Shown: one piece after another, positions 61,833-64,000 of the stretch
Layout: every line of letters begins with the position of its first letter
Position numbering within the stretch: the stretch's first letter is position 1
Origin: Schizochytrium sp. TIO01
Taxonomy: Eukaryota; Protista; Bigyra: Labyrinthulomycetes
DNA: 64,000 bases
Assembly: GCA_004764695.1 (NCBI GenBank)
Contig: SMSO01000004.1
Coordinates: 1,426,001 to 1,490,000, forward strand
Direction: 5' to 3'
Translations under genes and position numbers: made by a program
Notes under the pieces: generated by a model
Told to the model about the DNA's origin: nothing
Database searches by the model: none
What the model saw: only the letters and a program-made list of their open reading frames with translations

Positions 61833-62683
61833 GGCGCAGAGGTTTGACCAGGATGGGTTTAGCATCTGGTTATACTCTACCTCTCAATGGCGGTCTTGCG
61901 GACCTAATTGAGTCCTATATCTCTAATAGATTCTGCACGCTCAAATGATAATAGGAATATGAAAACAGCAACAACAAAAAAGGTCGCAAATGAATGGAGG
62001 ATTGCATATTATGATCAAAGGTATCTCATGATGTTAATTTCAACCACAAAGCGGTGCTTGAGCAGCGAGCAATATAGTGTGAGGCCGGTATGCGGAATCT
62101 CGGAGACATACTTCTTGTATCAATTCGAACATTGTCGCTACTTATTTGGGAGAAGAAGGACTCTTTCCCTGGCTTGGCCACTTTCATTTCATCTGTGTGG
62201 GATTTCTCTGTTCACAAGAAGCCATAAAGATATCTTTTAAGATACAGACATCGCTTGTGTTCGCAGTTCTCGCAGAGACTACTCTAATCGGCCCAAGCGA
62301 CGTGCATAGTAACCTGCACCCCGCCAACCTCTAGAAAGCCTCTTTTAGCGCTTCGAGTTCCGACTTTTTTTTATAATTCCACAGCCGCACAAAAGGTGAG
62401 GTTGTCAAGATTTCATCAATTATTTACAGCCTGAGCACCCACTGGGAAGCAACATCTTCACGAGAGCTTGTTTCGCACGGCTAATTTTAGGCAGAGGATG
62501 TCACCACGACCTCAGGATACCACAGCGAGGGTCCCGGAGCTTGTTTGAAGCAGCACCTGTTGCCTTAGACCAGCGCAGAGCAAATCATCCTCGAAGGCAA
62601 CAATCCTTTGCTTCTATAGAAGACGATCTACACCTCGCTATGATTATTAAGGTACTAGAACCTACTACAGTATCTGCACACGC

Positions 62684-63033
62684 TCAATCAATACATCAAT
62701 CAATACATTCAATACATCAATCAATACATTCAATACATCAATCAATACATTCAATACTTCAATCAATACTTCAATCAATACATCAATCAATACTTCAATC
62801 AATACATCAATCAATACATTCAATACATCAATCAATACATCAATCAATACATCAATCAATACATTCAATACTTCAATCAATACTTCAATCAATACATCAA
62901 TCAATACATTCAATACATCAATCAATACATTCAATACATCAATCAATACATTCAATACATCAATACTTCAATCAATACTTCAATCAATACATCAATCAAT
63001 ACATTCAATACATCAATCAATACATCAATCAAT
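62684..63033. repeat. Compound minisatellite of TCAA/TACA(T)/TACT units (~350 bp)
   Basis: Directly visible; it produces the spurious SIHQ/VLID ORFs. Confidence 0.95.
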
Positions 63034-63683
63034 GAATAATGAATGTCGATATGCAGAGCAGCAGATCAAAAGATAAAGAGACTGCCGCATAAAGGAGCAT
63101 AGACAAATAAAGAGTTAAGTAGTACTCCTAGTTAGGTGAAGTTGAAGAATAGTCAATCAATAGTAGATTGAAAGAGGCCTCGCAGATATTGTGCAAAGCA
63201 CTGCAGTAAATCCGCAACGCCACCCTCGTCGTCGCTGCTGCTCAAGGAGGGGTCCCCGTTCCGGCTGGGAGACGTCGTTGTTGCAGACTTGCTCGTTGTG
63301 ACCTCGAGTGCGTGATCTCTTGGTCCGAGCGCAGGTAGCGAGATTTGCGATATTAAGGGAGACGAAGAAGGCGGTAGACAGAGAGCCTTGCCAATCGTCG
63401 TTCTTTCGAACCTTGGCGGAAGCAAACACCAACTAAGCCAACTTGAAGACTGTCACAGAGGCTAGAGTTCACTTCTCGAGCCATTGCAGTGGCTTCCAAG
63501 ATTCAGAAGCCTCACGATAAAAGTCTCAAAGCTGAAGCGAGTTCTGCGTGTTGATTGAATATATATATACATATATACAAACTTGAGTGCTGTCGAGAAT
63601 CTAATCTTGAGGCCAAAAGCATTCTTGTTATCATTGCCGGCGGGTTCTGGGGTTCATAAACAAAGGAAAACTAGCTATAAAAG

Positions 63684-64000
63684 ATGTCACTGAAAGCCAT
63701 TACTGCCTCATACTATGCAAGTAAAGGTCGTGCTGACCATGAGTTGTTTGACTCGCTAGAAGCCGCAGTGAACGGCCAAGGCCCTGATGAACGATTGAAC
63801 AGGGAAATTTCTGAAAAGGTGAGCGGTATTAATGATCCGAGACAATTAGCAGAGATAGTACGTAGGTTGCGTAAAAAGCTAAAGTCGAGTGATCACAATG
63901 TTGTTATGAACACCTTTGTGCTGTATGAGACGATGATGGAAAATGCGCATGCGGATTTGCTTATGGCCATGTCCTTCCGAAAGACTATGCAACAATTCAT
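63684..64000 (+). CDS. VHS-domain protein (TOM1/GGA/Vps27-like), 5' partial, runs off the window
   Basis: Manual translation MSLKAITASYY...PDERLNREISEKVS...LAEIVRRLRKKLKSSDHNVVMNTFVLYETMMEN matches the VHS helical pattern; open to the window end. Confidence 0.7.
   Translation, partial: MSLKAITASYYASKGRADHELFDSLEAAVNGQGPDERLNREISEKVSGINDPRQLAEIVRRLRKKLKSSDHNVVMNTFVLYETMMENAHADLLMAMSFRKTMQQF

Noticed and set aside
62541-63035. 164-aa and 96-aa repetitive ORFs
   Set aside because: Translations of a minisatellite.

Overview
Eukaryotic nuclear DNA with few introns, many microsatellites and long intergenic stretches containing decayed coding remnants. The gene style suggests a stramenopile protist, possibly a thraustochytrid/labyrinthulomycete; this is inference only. 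Core genes are an AAAP amino-acid transporter, a myristoylated CAMK-type kinase whose FYVE domain lies in the +1 frame, a soluble fumarate reductase fused to cytochrome b5, a JmjC oxygenase, a CSPP1-like ciliary/centrosomal protein, a very long TOR (~3,850 aa), a spliced MRH-domain (M6PR/ATG27-like) receptor and the start of a VHS-domain gene. Three items stand out. (1) An LRR-like-repeat + NEL-type E3 ubiquitin ligase, a fold known from bacterial effectors, keeps its catalytic CxD. (2) An accessory island between TOR and the MRH gene encodes a coiled-coil + PD-(D/E)xK nuclease + Cys/His cluster + kinase protein (Crinkler/Spok-like architecture) and is flanked by repeat arrays. (3) The kinase/FYVE frame switch ends at a CCC-TGA shifty-stop context, which could be recoding, an intron or an indel. 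All domain calls are by motif recognition; no searches were run.
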